64,000 bases of DNA from Octopus vulgaris (GCA_951406725.2 OX597828.1:30008001-30072000); one strand, 5' to 3'; counted from the first letter of the stretch, positions 14,102 through 28,290 are shown. The notes: generated by a model from the letters alone, not told the origin. A program made the numbers and translations.

Positions 14102-15289
14102 TTATTGTTATTATTATAATTGTTGTTGTTGTTGCTGTTGTTACTCTCATTAGTAAGTGATACTATGCTTCTTTGTAGTAAAAGAATTGAGAACATATCT
14201 TAATAACACAAACATTAATAGTTCAAAATACATATTAATTCTTATTTCTCTATGCTTTGTATACAACGAATCACAGACAGGGAATTTTGACTATGAGACA
14301 AAGTATTTGCATTTAATATTTTTACTGAATTTTACATTTTCATAGTTGAGAATCTTTTGAGATCCTCATAGTATTAGAAGTGTTATATGCCAAGCAAATA
14401 TATTTGCGCATTGCAGATACTCAATTATAATGAGGGTAATACATGACTGAGTATGTGTGAAAAAATTTGCAGCATTTTGAAGAATGTAACTAATGAAAAT
14501 CAAACAGTAAACCGAATATTTATTTGTAGGTTTCCTTCAGTGAAATTTTTAAAAAGAGATTTCTAAAATGTCTTGCCATTTTGTAATAAATATACATTTT
14601 ATTTTCGAAAGTGGAAGCTTAATGCCTCAAAAGATCGCATTGAAAAATACATCTGCATGTGTCTATAAACATACATACATACATACATTCAAACGCACGT
14701 ACATACATACCTGTACATACATGCATACATACAGAAAAAGCAAGTCAGAGGAGATGAGAATATTAGGAGTGAGATCGAGTTAAAAATCACTGCGAGAAAG
14801 CTGCTGCGGTATCATCTGCCTGGCTTTCTGCAAATATACGTCCTCCATTCGTGAATAACGTTTCAATAATAAAACACATTTTAAAACGGCTGTAAGAAGA
14901 TATTTATTCACCTATTTTCCGAGAAGATGGGATGGGAGAAAATTAAGTGGACAATGCCCGTGAGTCTTCAAGAGTATTTCTATTTAGAGTGAAAGATCGA
15001 TGTAAAATCGGTGATGGATGGATGCAAACATACAGACTTAGTTCTCTTTGTTTTGAAGAAAATAACGTATGGAAATTTAACAGAGAAAAATAAATATTTA
15101 TTCGCAAGATGTTTGAAGAGACATTTAAAGAACGGAGATTCATAATTTCCTTTCTATTTTGTTAAAAGAATATTTCTTTGATGATATTTATTTTAATTTT
15201 CGAAACTAGTAACTTAAAGTCTTTGACCACTCTGTTCAGAAATATATAAGTGTGTGTGTGTGTGTATGTGTGTGTGTGTGTATATGTGC

Positions 15290-15329
<40 letters not shown>

Positions 15330-15456
15330 GTCTGTGTGTGTGTGTGTGCCTGTCAAATACAAATACACATAGATACATAATTACTGAAGAGAGAGTGCGG
15401 AAGAGGCGGAGTACAACAGCGGAAGTTATGTTATAATAATATTGATGCTAACAATG

Positions 15457-15549
<93 letters not shown>

Positions 15550-15690
15550 TGCAGAAAACAGTACTGCTTGGAACCTCTCGAATACTACTCCGGAAGGCGC
15601 TCGAAAAATAACAGGTGCTACCTTAGTTCACGGTGGTCAGCTGCTGACACTGTAGTACATCTCCAGCGTTAGAAGCTGTGCAAAGGCATT
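15550..15690 (+). mobile_element. R4/Dong-type 3' tip (3'UTR type 3) in (AAT)n
   Basis: QKTVLLGTSRIL C-terminal motif, UTR ending GCTGTGCAAAGGCA shared with 36660-36802. Confidence 0.85.
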
Positions 15691-15792
<102 letters not shown>

Positions 15793-15804
15793 AATAATAA
15801 TACA

Positions 15805-15858
<54 letters not shown>

Positions 15859-15859
15859 T

Positions 15860-15985
15860 GACGTCGATGTTGACTTTCACGCTTTCGAGGTTGATATATC
15901 AAGTACCAGTCAAATACTGCGGTCGACTTATTAGACTTTCCTCCTTTCACAAAAATGGAAATCGATTTGTGCAAGTGTTAAAAAT
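15860..15985 (+). mobile_element. SINE family B fragment
   Basis: GTTGACTTTCACGCTTTCGAGGTTGATATATCAAGTACCAG core. Confidence 0.6.
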
Positions 15986-18900
15986 CATAATAATGATGTT
16001 TCTGATGGAAAAGTTTACTTGCCTCTCCATTATAAATATACTTGCACATCCATCTTTAACGCACATAATTACATATGCATACAAGCATACATGCATGCAT
16101 ATGTGGGTTTGTGTGTGGGGTGTGTGTACGTTTGTTCATTTATGTATCTATAGATGTATCACAGAACTGGAACGCAAACCATAGAGCATTTCAAATGCCT
16201 GAATTGTGTATATATTTTGAGATTTCATTTTCGTTTCAAAAACCAAGCAGTAGCATTGTTAGATAGATATGCAAGAGTAAGAACTATACAGCTTTTTTTA
16301 TAAATAAATGATATGAATTCATGTTGATCAAAGGTGGGTTGGAAACCTGGGCCCATTGTGATTTTTTTTTTTCTCGATGAATAAAATTCGGAAATGGAAG
16401 ACTAAAGCGAAATTTTATTTATCTCATCAGAATGAAGTCAATACATGGGAAATGTATATATTGAAATTTTAGATGCTTTTGATATGAAACGACTGTTCTT
16501 TTGTTTCGTGCGAAATAGTGGCTTAAAAACGAGACGAAGGCATATAATAGAGGTTTAAAGATAATCCAACGTTAAATTACCGTTGAAGATAACAAAGAGT
16601 AATAAATGAGCCAGATATTCTTTTGAAGGTTTTATCAGTATTACTATCCAGATAGAGTGGAGAGAAAGCGAAAAGCTACTGTTGAATTAACATACTAACT
16701 GAAAATTCAAGTACTCTATAGTCCTAAATGTACACAAAACAATGCATAGCACAATAAACAAAACAAAGAAAAACCACGATATTCTTTAATGATAAACATT
16801 ACAGTTAATCAGTAAAGTTTACGTGAAATAGTCGCCGAGGAAAATGAGGTTAATGATTATTCTATTCAGGAATTTTTTTCGAAATTATGCCCTAAAACGT
16901 TTGACTGTATAACAAAGTAAACTATTCGAAATTATAAATAGATTTCCAATACACAAATCGATTTAATCGATCTCTTTTTAGTATTTCCTACGCTGCTGTA
17001 ATGCTATGATTCCTAAAAGTCATCAAATATTTTTCACTTCAAACACGTCAAAATTGTTCATTAATTTCGTATCTTATTCTTATTTTATTTTAATTCTGAT
17101 ATTTTAGAAACTATATAATTATGGTAACCAGTAATAATATCACACATTCTACATTTCAGACAATTCTATTGGTAAAACTAATGTCGTTTCAAAGCGAAAT
17201 ATACAAGTCAGCTTCCCACATAAATGGCACGCGTGATAATATTTACATACATATATGCATACACAGATTAAATAAACACATTTATATATACATCCATACT
17301 TAATCACATACACTCACCTACACGCAAACATAGATTAATGTAAGTGTGTACATCTGTGTTTGAGTGTGTATTTATGTAAATATATTGGAATTGCGAAAGT
17401 ATGGTATGCAAATAGAGAAACACAAATATATACGCTCATAGATGCGCGTGTATGTGTGCGCGTATGGATGCTTATGTTTCCGCATATCGTTTGTGTGTGA
17501 GCGCATATCTATGTGTGTATTCAAGCCGTTCTTATTCTATTTATTTCTTTGCAATTACACCACCAAGACCATCGGAGTGTAAAAGAATACTACACTTTCT
17601 AATACTTTCTTTCTGTTTATATCGTTTGTTTAGGATAATTTTACCGTATTTGAATGCAAAGGACGGTGGTAGATTTCCTACGGCGGCCAAATGATCTTCC
17701 TCACGCCAAAACATATTTGGAATTTGGAAATCGTAATGAATTAGAATTACTCGTAGAATAATGTAAAGAAACATAATTCATGTGATTTTATTTTAGTAGT
17801 GTATCTAACCACATCCATTTTGGAATAGGAAGAGAGAGAGAGAGAGAGAGAGAGGGAGAAAGGGAGAGAGAAAGGGTGAGAGAGGGAGAGGGAGGGAGGG
17901 AGATATAATGAAAGAGAGGGAGAGAGTGTTAGGGTGAGAGAGAGCGCTCTAAGTTTTCACTCAGCTTTGAAGAAGCAGAAGGACAATCACCGAATAATAA
18001 CAATTTATCTTCTTAGAAAAATGTAAGGAACGTAATGACAATAACAAGAAAGCTTTGTGCTAAATATAATCCTCTTGTGTAAAAGTTGAATTGCAACTTC
18101 AAAATACCATAGAAACAACAGGTGGAATAACAACACTACTTCATTTAAGACACAGCAAGTTACCAAGTTATATTTATGAAGCCTTTTCTGTTATTAGAAA
18201 TAGTAGCTACGTCTTATTTCAATCATACTTTACGCGACGACCAAAAAATGTTGGAAGAATACATTGGAAAATGTATCGGAGACAAATATATCGAGAAGGA
18301 CTGCATGGTGATGGCCATATATATTATGATAGGTTGGCTTGATGAGGGCTATGATGAGTTAACAGAAATAGATTGAAGGAGCAGTGAAATGTGCGTCTTA
18401 ATACAACCAATAGAACAGGAATAAACGTTAGTACTTCACCTATATATAACATACTTTAATGTGACAGCACACAGTGATATTATCCAAAAAAATCCGGAAG
18501 TGATCCGGATTTCTGGATTTTCTGGTTTTCTGGAAACAGCGTAAATATATACTCACACTGTAAAATATACCTTGAAAATTAAATAAATATATTGTTTTTA
18601 ACAGAGTTGAATCAATACATCTCTAAAGAAAGTCTTGTTTTAATTTTTTTTTAATCCACTTAAAATTCATACCGAGCCATGTCTAGAGTATTGATACAAA
18701 TTAATACGCTTGTAAAGCACAATATTTTTAATCTTTTTCAATCTACATAACAAAAAACAAAACAAAATAAACAAAACTATAGAACAAAGCAATTTCAACA
18801 CAACTTATGCAAATTAACCAAATTTAAAAGGCGTGTATGTTTACTCAAACACAGTAGATTTTATTATACGATATTGGACGATATTCTCGGATTATCCATT

Positions 18901-19109
18901 AGCTAAAAAAATTAATAAAATTTAAACATATCTAGCACGGTATGGGAGAATACTCTGAACAAATTTCCGTTCTATCGTTTCTTTTCAGCAATGGAAAAAC
19001 GACCCTCTATTTGCCAGAGTAGTAGGTCAATGAATGCTAGTATTCATTTTTTTTTCTGATCTCCTTTCCGAATAATGTGATATATGTTTGTATACATACA
19101 TACATACAT

Positions 19110-19140
<31 letters not shown>

Positions 19141-19173
19141 TCCTTACATATATACATGCATACATACATACGC

Positions 19174-19219
<46 letters not shown>

Positions 19220-19355
19220 TTTATGAACGGCAACGGGAAACTCAGAGTAACAGGTTTTGTTGAATTTCCTGCTGCTTTAAATAAAGCATATTATTCTACC
19301 ACTGGTATTTGAGTACTCTTTTTTCCACCTTGTTTCACATTTATGTGTTTACTTC

Positions 19356-19406
<51 letters not shown>

Positions 19407-19463
19407 TCAAACAGACACACAAATACCTACATACATCCATCCATGCATACATACATATACCGG

Positions 19464-19505
<42 letters not shown>

Positions 19506-19536
19506 CACACAGACACACACATACCTACATACATAC

Positions 19537-19583
<47 letters not shown>

Positions 19584-19907
19584 AATACGTGCATACATAC
19601 ACGTATACATACATAAAACATATGTGCAGTCGGCCAAACAAACAGAGATATAGGCTATGTACCTAGAAATTTACGCAAAAGTATAGAAATACCAGGTTTT
19701 TCGACGAAGAAATGAAAAAAGCAAATGATAAACCATCAGTGGCACAGTGAAGATTTGCAAGAATTTCCAAAGATGCACACAGTTAGGTGTGTGCATCGAC
19801 AGCTCAAAATGCACACCAACTGAACAACGTATCTACAAACACCGCGAAATCTCTTAACTAAAAAAAAAAGCGTTAAAAGACATTTGGGAGAGTATCAATA
19901 TATATAT

Positions 19908-20092
19908 TCGTTTCTACTCTAGGCAAAATTTAGGGGGAGAGGGCCACTCGAGGAAATCGACCACAGTACGCAACTGGTACTTAATTTATGAACCCCGAAA
20001 GGTAAAGTCGACCTTGGTGGGATTTGAACTCAGAATGCAAAGCCAGACGAAGTACCGCCAAGCATTTCGCCCGGTGTGCCAGCTCGCCGCCT
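19908..20092 (-). mobile_element. SINE family B copy
   Basis: Reverse complement GGCGGCGAGCTGGC...GAGTTCAAATCCCACCAAGGTCGAC...AAGTACCAG...CCTAGAGTAGAAA. Confidence 0.85.
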
Positions 20093-20822
20093 TAGTATCT
20101 ACATATATTAGAAAATAACTGTCTATTAGGTTGGTAATATAACAGGGAACTGACCAAGATGCCAGGTAGCCATCCCTTCCATCTGAAGTTTTGCTGTATA
20201 CGAGTTTATGAGAGAGACTTAAGGGACAAGTTTCCCTACAGGTAAAACAATACACCCCAGTGGAACAGTTTATTTATAATTAATGGTATCGCTGAAAGGT
20301 AGGTAGTGAATATATAGCATTGCTTTATAATATTGTACGTGGGAAGTCTTTCCACCTTCGGCCTCTACAAAAGAATTTTGCAACATGAAACCTAATCTCA
20401 AGTCAATCACGACCGTTGTCGATTAAATTTTAAATGGAAAAGAACAATAAATGGTTCTTAATTCAATTTGCATTCAAAACTTAATTGAAAAACATTTCGT
20501 TGCGTGTGAAATGAAAGCTATTTCGTGTAAAATATTGTGGAATGAAAACGATTGTTTCTCCAGAAATCGTGTCAGATATTGGTCAATTATGGATCCCAGT
20601 TTTAGAGTCTTCAATATTTTTAACAATACCGAATATAATATGACATTATCTGTTTGTATACAGTCTCTATATATAAAGAGACGTCGCAATAAATGAATAG
20701 AAAACAATTGATTGGTTGATGAACAATTTGAATTAATCCTAATCTTCATCTCGGCGAACATATGTGGTTGGCAAGCCAGTGGAACCATAGAGTTACAGAG
20801 CCTAAAATATAATCAAATCTCC

Positions 20823-21901
20823 TCCTGCTCCTTCTTCTTCTTCTTCTTCTTCTTCTTCTTCTTCTTCTTCTTCTTCTTCTTCTTCTTCTTCTTCTTTTTC
20901 TTTGTCTTCTTCTTTTTCTTCTTCTTCTCCTTCTTCTTTTTTCTTCTTCTTCTTCTTCTTCTTCTTCTTTTTCTTCTTCTTCTTCTTCTTCTCCTCTTTT
21001 TCTTCTTCTTCTTCTTCTTCGTCTTCTTCTTCTTCTTCTTCTTCTTCTTCTTCTTCTTCTTCTTCTTCTTTTTCTTCTTCTTCTTCTTCTTCTTCTTTTT
21101 CTTCTTCTTCTTCTTCTTCTCTTCTTTTTCTTCTTCTTCTTCTTCTTCTTCTTCTTCTCCTTCTTCTTCTCCTTCTTCTTCTCCTTCTTCTTCTCCTTCT
21201 TCTTCTTCTTCTTCTTCTTCTTCTTCTTTTTCTTCTTCTTCTTCTTCTTCTCCTGCTCCTTCTTCTTCTTCTTCTTCTTTTTCTTCTTCTTCTTCTTTTT
21301 CTTCTTCTTTTTCTTCTTCTTTTTCTTCTTCTTCTTCGTCTTCTTCTTTTTCTTCTTCTTCTTCTTTTTCTTCTTCTTCTTCGTCTTCTTCTTTTTCTTC
21401 TTCTTCTTCTTCTTCTCTTCTTTTTCTTCTTCTTCTTCTTCTTCTTCTTCTCCTTCTTCTTCTCCTTCTTCTTCTCCTTCTTCTTCTTCTTCTTTTTCTT
21501 CTTCTTCTTCTTCTCCTTCTTCTTCTTCTTCTTCTTCTTCTCCTTCTTCTTCTTCTTCTTCTTCTTCTTCTTCTTCTTCTTCTTCTTCTTGTTCTTCTTC
21601 TTTTTCTTCTTCTTTTTCTTCTTCTTCTTCTTCGTCTTCTTCTTTTTCTTCTTCTTCTTCTTTTTCTTCTTCTTCTTCGTCTTCTTCTTTTCTTCTTCTT
21701 CTTCTTCTTCTTCTTCTTCTTCTTCTTCTTCTTCTTCTTCTTCTTCTTCTCCTTCTTCTTCTCCTTCTTCTTCTCCTTCTTCTTCTTCTTCTTTTCTTCT
21801 TCTTCTTCTTCTTCTTCTTCTTCTTCTTCTTCTTCTTCTCCTTCTTCTTCTTCTTCTTCTTCTTCTTTTTCTTCTTCTTCTTGTTCTTCTTCTTGTTCTT
21901 C
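20823..21901. repeat. ~1.08-kb interrupted (CTT)n/(AAG)n polypyrimidine tract
   Basis: Directly visible; interrupted by CTC, TTT and rare G-containing units. Confidence 0.98.
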
Positions 21902-21954
21902 TAATTCTAATTCTAATTCCCCGTCCCCATGCCCTCACCATTGTCGCTGCCGCT

Positions 21955-22176
21955 ATCATCCCCATCCCCATCATCATCATCATCGTTATCATCATCATCA
22001 TCATCGTTATCATCATCATCACCACCATCATCATCATCATCATCATCAACATCATCATCAACATCATCATCATTATCATCATCATCATCATCATCGTTAT
22101 CATCACCATCATCATCATCGTTATCATCATCACCACCATCATCATCATCATCATCATCATCACTACCACCTCCACC

Positions 22177-22207
<31 letters not shown>

Positions 22208-22215
22208 TCATCAAC
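21955..22215. repeat. (CAT)n/(CAC)n/(CAA)n compound microsatellite
   Basis: Directly visible. Confidence 0.95.
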
Positions 22216-22662
22216 AACATCTCAATCGTCGTCGTTGCTTTTGTTATTAACGCTTAAAGAAATACATGATTTTTCGTATCTTGACTCAAGAATTATGTAT
22301 GAATTACGAAACCGAAATGTCGGATGTGGACATATGCTGCTTGACATTGTCCTCAAAATATTTACAGATTCCCACGTTGCTACATGAAGAGACGTGCTTA
22401 TGTTTATGCATTAAACGTCCTTAGTAACCGTCCTTAGCCGTAATGACAGGGCACCTCACCATTTTATACCAGTCACATCCTTCAATTATCTCGATGATGT
22501 TTGTTGCCAGCCAACTGGGTAACTCTTTTGTCTTTCAAGTAGCTTTTGCACAATCTCTTTTAAAACTCAGTACTCTCCCGGATCCTATTTTTCCCACTTC
22601 TACACATACACACACAAACACACACACACACACATACACACCAACATATACACAACATATGC

Positions 22663-22881
22663 AGGTGGCAAGCTGGTAGAAACGTTAGCACGCCGGGCGA
22701 AATTCGTCTGTCGTTACGTTCCGAGTTCAAATTCCGTCGAGGTCGACCTTGCCTTTCATCCTTTCGGGGTCGATAAATTAAGTACCAGTTACGCACTGAG
22801 GTCGATGTGGTCGACTTAATCCCTTTGTCTTTCCTCGTTTGTCCCCTCTGTGCTTAGCCCCTTGTGGGTAGTAAAGAAATA
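22663..22881 (+). mobile_element. SINE family B copy
   Basis: GGTGGCAAGCTGGTAGAAACGTTAGCACGCCGGGCG...GAGTTCAAATTCC...GCCCCTTGTGGGTAGTAAAGAAAT. Confidence 0.9.
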
Positions 22882-23339
22882 TATACACACGAGAAAGCGT
22901 GCCCTTGCCTAGTCCGAAATGGAAACTTCCGACCATAATTCTGCTGTTGCAAAGGGTAGATGAAGGAAGCGAAATAACAGAAAGATATCACAAAAGGTAA
23001 ATGAGAAAACACGAAACAACACCGACTCCACATCGACCACAATTCATGCAAATCCGAAACGGGAAGTACGCCATCATTATCGATGCCTCCATTAGCAACA
23101 ATAAAAGGAAGATATGGAAACGAAATAACAATGAACACACTCACGAAGAAAGAACAGCGGATAAACACACACATCTAAAATTCAGAACAGACGCTTCATT
23201 TATTAAATACATAACTCAACCCAGAGCAACAGCCTACGACACCCACATCCATCTTTGTGCGAATAACAATAAGAAATAAAGAGCTGTTATCTTGTATGGC
23301 ACAAAGTGGATGTAGAGACAGAGAGAGCCGTTGAATAAT

Positions 23340-23817
23340 TATTTCTACTCGAGGCACAAAGCCTGAGAATTAGTGAGAGTGGACTAGTCGATTACATCGA
23401 CCCTATTGTGTTATTGGGGGGCGCGTGGCTTATTGGTTAGGGTGTTGCACTCATGATCGTAAGGTTGTGGTTTCGATTCCTAGACCGGGCGATGCGTTGT
23501 GTTCAAGAGCAAAACACTTCATTTTTGCGTTGCTCCAGTCCACTCAGCTGGCAGAAATGAGTTATCCTGCGACGGACTGGCGTCCCGTCCAGGTGAAGAA
23601 TTTCTACGCCACTGAAACCGGAAAACCGGCCCTTATGAGCCTGGCATGGCTCGAAAAGGAATATTTATTATTTTTTTTATTGTGGTATTGGGTTCTTAAT
23701 TTATTGATTCCGAAAGGATGAAAGGCAAAATCGGCCTTGGCGGAATTTGAACCCTGAAAGTAGCGATGGGCTAAGCATTCTGCCCAGCGGGCTAACAATT
23801 CTGCCAGCACGCCGCCT
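23340..23817 (-). mobile_element. SINE family B copy split by a family C insertion
   Basis: Family B head and core at 23693-23817, tail at 23340-23403. Confidence 0.82.
23417..23677 (+). mobile_element. tRNA-headed SINE family C with V-domain-like core, nested in SINE B
   Basis: TGGCTTATTGG A box, GTTTCGATTCC B box, CCTGCGACGGACTGGCGTCCCGTCCAGG V-SINE-like motif; ~15-bp TSD TATTGTG(T/G)TATTGGG at 23404-23418 and 23678-23692. Confidence 0.85.
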
Positions 23818-23981
23818 TAAAGAGACTTTGGATAATATCACAACAGAAGTCTCTGAGGGTGTGAAATTGGTAAGTTTACTAATAGACACATGCTGAGAGT
23901 TTCCTACACGTTGATGTTAAGCCCAACGTCACAGAAATAATCCATTTTTTTGTGAGACTTGGTAGAATTTTCTTGTTAATT

Positions 23982-24197
23982 ATTCTTTTATTCTTTTATT
24001 TGTTTCAGTCGTCTGACTGTGGCCACGCTGGAGCACCGCCTTTTAGTCGAAGAAATTGATCCCACGATTATACTTTCTAAGCCTGGTACTTATTCTAGTG
24101 GTCTCTTTTGCTGAACCACTAGGCTACGGGGACGTAAACATACAAACAACGGTTGTCAAGCGATGGTGGGGTGAGGACAAACACCGACACAAAGACA

Positions 24198-24255
<58 letters not shown>

Positions 24256-24458
24256 GTGTGTGTGTGTGTGTATTTGTGTCTGTGCGTGTGTGTGTGTATA
24301 CGACGGGCTTTCAGTTTCCGTCTACTAAATCCACTCGCAAGTCTTTGGTCGAGTTGAGGCTATACTAGAAGACACTTGCTCAAGGTGCCACGTAGTGAGA
24401 CTGAACCCGAAACCACGTGGTTGAGAAACAAGATTCTTTTCCCACCGCTACGCCTGTG
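23982..24458 (-). mobile_element. SINE family A copy
   Basis: Homologous to 2484-2935 with internal (TA)n(TG)n. Confidence 0.88.
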
Positions 24459-24569
24459 CGTGTATTTCTTACGCAAATCCCTACCCTGTGTTTATGTAAA
24501 CCCCTACTATACTTTCGCTTTGTATTAACTTCCTTTTCTTGCGGCCGATGTGGAGCTTTAACCAATAAT

Positions 24570-24605
<36 letters not shown>

Positions 24606-25206
24606 TAAGTCTTGTGCTTGTAGTAGAACGAATGATTATTTTTACTATCAACTGTAGAAGCAATGTTATTATTGTTGCTCTTGATGACGTGATTATATTC
24701 AGAAATTGTGTTTTAGGGGTTCCTAAGAGTGGAGTAGTACCAGGTGAATCTTCGTGAAAAATGTGTTTCGTTTTTCTCATTTCACTATTTGTGAAGTAGT
24801 TAGAAATTTGATTCTAAAATAGGAATCCAATTTAAATTGAGCAAAATAAAAAAAAGTAAAAAAAAAAGAGTGCTTACTTTGCATAGTGTTATTTTCTTTT
24901 CTGTCATTTAGAGACAAAGGAAATAACTTCAGCTTTCATCCTCACCTCCTCAGAAAAGTACACGGAAGGCACAGATGTTTTTACAGAGAGTGATTAGAGG
25001 AGAGGAGAAAAAGTCAATTCCGAAATGTAAAATATTTCGAACGCTGAAATTATAATGATTTTATGAAGAACAATCATACTGATGGAGATATTCGTAACAT
25101 TATAACGTGCACACGATAAATTCAATGATGTACTTAAGCGAACACTTGTTTGCCAATCAGCTATAGCAGAAAATACGCACACACAGCAATAGACACAAAC
25201 AACGCC

Positions 25207-25324
<118 letters not shown>

Positions 25325-26780
25325 TTGCATCCCACGTATTTTGCAATTCTCATTTTCGGTGATTCTTTCTGGAATCAGCTCATACCGTGTCTTTGTTCTT
25401 TGTACGCCGTAATTTCCAGACAGCTTCCAATGGATCATTCTTGACACTTTGTCATGATGTCGTTTGCATTAGTGTTGTGCCAATTTCGGGCATTCGCTAA
25501 AGATGTACCATAACGTGCAACTCCTCTCACCACTCATTCTACATTTGTCGCTATCGGTAGTGTTACCTATTCTGCACTTCACATAGTTTGTCCTGAAAGC
25601 TTTTTCCTGAGCTGCGCATGTGTATTTCTGTCTCTATATTCAGGTCACCCCTCCTCATCCACCGGTCCTCTGGATTTGTCTTTGCATTCATAGCTCTTGC
25701 AAACTGGCCGTACATTTTCTTTTCCTTCCAGGCCATTTTTTCTCGTTCATTTCTTGTATAAATTTTTCTTATACAATTTTCAGTTTGATGACGCCAACCT
25801 TCTCCGTGTTTTCAATAGTGTCTTCACGGCCTTTTTTATATACCACCCTAGGATAATTTCCTCTGCTTTGATACAGTCCTGGCAACTGATTAAACCTCCT
25901 CACCCTTTCTTCTGGACAAGTACAGCCTATCGGTATCACTCTTAAGATGTAAGGCTCCGTGTACTGTCAACATTTTTCTGTTTTGGTATCCATTTTCTTC
26001 ATTTCTCACATTTGCCATTTTATAATTCCCGCTCCATACCGAAGTGATGCTATCGCCCACGTATTAACTGTTTAATTGCTTTCAAGACTTGCTTATAGTT
26101 GCGATTTTTGGGACAGTATCATGTTCATTCATCTTCGTTTCTTTAATTTTCAGCCATTTAATCATGATTTGATTTTTTAGATCATCTGGTCGAGTTGGGT
26201 CAGTTTCTGTGTGACTTTTCTTCTGCTATTTGATTTTCATCTGCCTTAGTGTTTATGGTTGTTTCAGAGAGTATTTCACTTTGCTTATCAGTTACATTGA
26301 CTCTTTCTATCTTAACTGCATTTTCATCAGACCTAGGTTGGTCTATAATTATTTCCTCTGTAGTATCTTCTTTAGCGACAGCTTCGTTCCTTTTATCCCT
26401 TACGGATTGTTTAATTTGGTCAATCTCTAATTTTGTTAGTAATTTCTTTTTTACAATGTTTTCTTCTGACGTTGGCAAGTTTGTTACTGTCTATGTAGGG
26501 TCTTACTTCAAGGTGTCTCTGTCTCCTGATCAATTAGGTCTGTACGGTATTAGATTTATTTGTGTGGAAATATATGCATGATAGAAGGCCGTAAGAACTT
26601 CTTTATTATATCCCCTAGACCATTTTTCAATATTTTTCTTTTGTTTATTTCATGATGAGCATGGATTGCTATCTGTTGGAATATTCCGGGTGTGGTGTAC
26701 TTCCAGCTCATGAGATTGGAGAAGATTTGAACCAGTAGCTGATTTTTCGTATCGAATCTGGTTCATCATTCGACTAAGAG
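25325..26780 (-). pseudogene. Old R4/Dong-type LINE remnant with large internal deletion
   Basis: WSRGYNKEVLTAFYHA and KKLLTKLEIDQI (N-terminus); WMRRGDLNIETE, AAQEKAFRTNY, KCRM...SECPKLAQ, HHDKVSRMIHWKL (zinc-knuckle region). Confidence 0.82.
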
Positions 26781-27999
26781 GTATTTTTCTTTATTAGGCA
26801 TAAAGCCCTAAATATAGAGAGGACACTATGAGGACAAACATACCAACGTTGGGTACATATAAAAAATTTGGCGAATGATTTCAATGATGTAAAAATAAAA
26901 TTGTAATGATGATGAAAATGACTGTCTATCCTCCCACCCAAGTAGAAAGTTGCATTTTACTGTTTTTACCGTTCAGTTTGTATCTGTTTTAAACTGTTCA
27001 TATTATATATATTTTTTTACTGTTCGGCTTGTATCTCTCTTTTTTTCTATATCAAAATAATTACCATCCCCTCAAAAGTTATCACAGGTGGTAATTCGTC
27101 AAATCGAACCCGTAATACTGTATTCTCTATCCTACTTCCAAATGTCTCTCTCAGTCTGGCTGCTTTTACATCATCTAATAATACTGCTTTGCTGTTTCTA
27201 CTCTCCTCTGTATCTGCAAGTATCACTCTGATAACTCCCTTCATTCTTGCTCTCCGTTTTCAATTTCTACACTTTTCTCGTATCTCACATACATTCTGTC
27301 GTATTTTTCATACGAAGTCATTGAGGCATGACGAGCTTGGACTTTGACATTAGGGGACGGATTTGTCTGTTTCGGTTTAATGTTTTGAACCACCACCGCC
27401 TCCGAGGTCTCTGCCGGAAAACATTGCTCGTAACGTTGCTTCTTAATGCTAAAAGATCGGCATTCGTCTGTAATTTTTTGTTGATAGATTTATCTCCGGG
27501 CATTGTTTTTGTGGAGTCTTTAAACGTATGAATTGTTTACTCTGTGTTATTTTGAAAAATAAAAGATTGTTTTTCTTTGTTTTTGCTTCGTTTGTGACAT
27601 GTTTTCATATGCGTGTATGTGTGTCTTGTAAATTTCACGTAGTTGAGTAAGCATTGGGATGCATGTGTAGTCCTAGAGGTATCAAAATATAGATATGATT
27701 GTGTAGACATTCGAGTGCATGCGTAATTACTCAAGTTATGTAATTACTGCTTTGTTTCATTTATATTTTATAATTTGTAAACTTTCCGACGTTGATTTCG
27801 CGTGTATGTTTCTCATATGTTTCACTGAGACATCGTGCATAGGAGAAACTGTGCTTTGTATGGCAGTAAAATTTCGTTTTCGTGGTTATTTTCGTTAAAA
27901 GGCCGCTTCCTTCAAGTCTTCCACAGATTCCTTTATCCCATTCCACCGATGTTATTAGATTAGATATATTTTTGAATGGAGAGCCAGGTGTAGCACAAA

Positions 28000-28044
<45 letters not shown>

Positions 28045-28075
28045 CATCATCATTATTATTATTATTATTATTATT

Positions 28076-28290
28076 CAGTAGTTTTATTTTTATAGCGTGC
28101 TTTCACTTCACTACCAAGCGCAGCTCTGTGTGCCTTGGGTATGTGCTGTGATTTGTTGTGATGCTCTGATGGTTATTGTATGGAAAGTGTTCTGCGTAGG
28201 ATGTGTGCAGTGCCTAGTAGTGCAATTTTCTGTATGTTATATGTGTTTGTAAGTCCTGGTGTTTTTGTTATGTATTTGTCTGAATATTTT
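28076..28290 (-). mobile_element. R4/Dong-type 3' end (3'UTR type 1) in (ATT)n
   Basis: Nearly identical to 11303-11517 (one mismatch seen). Confidence 0.92.

Noticed and set aside
18091-18376. Possible mariner C-terminal trace (GKCIGDKYIEK)
   Set aside because: Too degenerate; no TIR identified
20712-22387. Long ORFs of 451-512 aa (poly-F/S/L/K/R/E/H)
   Set aside because: Stop-free translation of trinucleotide repeats in several frames and both strands; no evidence of coding
24925-24960. Minus-strand CTGAGGA...GAAA
   Set aside because: Intervening sequence cannot form stem II
27047-27503. Short non-repetitive ORFs, perhaps a LINE ORF1 remnant
   Set aside because: No diagnostic motif I can name with confidence
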